A DNA stretch of 64,000 nucleotides from a virus. The stretch lies in IMG/VR virus record IMGVR_UViG_3300037493_003528, positions 14,811-78,810 of that record; one strand, given 5' to 3'. Positions 63,542 through 64,000 of the stretch are shown piece by piece (the first letter of the stretch is position 1; every line of letters starts with the position of its first letter). The position numbers were made by a program, and so were the translations under genes. The notes under the pieces are model-generated. The model did not search any database. It saw nothing but the letters and a program-made list of their open reading frames with translations, and was not told where the DNA came from.

Positions 63542-64000
63542 ATGATAATTAATATAAGAGGCACTAGTGGTAGTGGTAAAACATATACTGCAAGATCATT
63601 TATGAATTCCTGTGGTCCAGATTTGATAGTTTATGATGATAAGGGAAATATAACTGCTCACGTTGTACACTACAAAATGCAACCTGTATATTTTATTGGT
63701 AAGTATATAAATGTTTGTGGTGGGTGTGATACAGTTGATACTCAGGATTTGGTTAGCTCTTACGTTAGGCACTTTTCACAATTTGGCCATGTTATATTTG
63801 AGGGATTATTGGTAAGTCACAGTTTTGCAAGATTTTATGAGTTAATGCAGGAATTGAATAGTTACGGTAATCCATTTGTTTTTGCACGAATGGATACACC
63901 ACTAGAAGTGTGTTTGGATAGAGTTCGTCAGCGTCGTATTGAAAAGGGAAACACTAAACCTTTTAACACTGCAAATACTGAAGGTGCGTACTATGCTGTA
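63542..64000 (+). CDS. P-loop kinase, 5-hydroxymethyluracil DNA kinase-like (3'-truncated; not in ORF track)
   Basis: MIINIRGTSGSGKT..GKY..CGGCD..IFEG..DTPLEVCLDRVRQRR..GNTKP; AGGAG RBS. Confidence 0.75.
   Translation, partial: MIINIRGTSGSGKTYTARSFMNSCGPDLIVYDDKGNITAHVVHYKMQPVYFIGKYINVCGGCDTVDTQDLVSSYVRHFSQFGHVIFEGLLVSHSFARFYELMQELNSYGNPFVFARMDTPLEVCLDRVRQRRIEKGNTKPFNTANTEGAYYAV

Overview
A 64-kb segment of a large tailed dsDNA bacteriophage with essentially all genes on the + strand. The host is probably a peptidoglycan-bearing bacterium (GH25 lysin, GGAGG-type RBSs). Gene order: an array of small, unrelated enzyme/toxin-like genes with the terminase large subunit embedded in it (1-9.5 kb); methyl/glycosyltransferases; collagen-like fibre cassettes and a 1503-aa structural protein; lysis genes; a Tad2-like gene; a dUMP-hydroxymethylase-like gene; portal, MuF-like, protease/scaffold and major capsid genes; more glycosyltransferases; head-tail, tape measure and tail-tip genes; replication genes; and a cluster of inositol-phosphate synthase, FkbM methyltransferase, aGPT-Pplase-like transferase, phosphatase and 5hmU-DNA-kinase-like genes. 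Three signals stand out. (1) Twelve ORFs share an N-terminal leader (approx. MKxxxxTKSFPxHxGIPGHQGGSLPR) fused to unrelated cargo domains (two ADP-ribosyltransferase-like, kinase, zeta-toxin-like, papain-like, zincin, unknowns), a candidate capsid-loading tag system for a polymorphic effector arsenal. (2) A 29-bp intergenic RNA hairpin has a loop complementary to the 5' end and RBS of two distant genes. (3) A thymine-hypermodification cluster is coupled to inositol synthesis. All functional calls are from motif recognition by eye; no searches were run.
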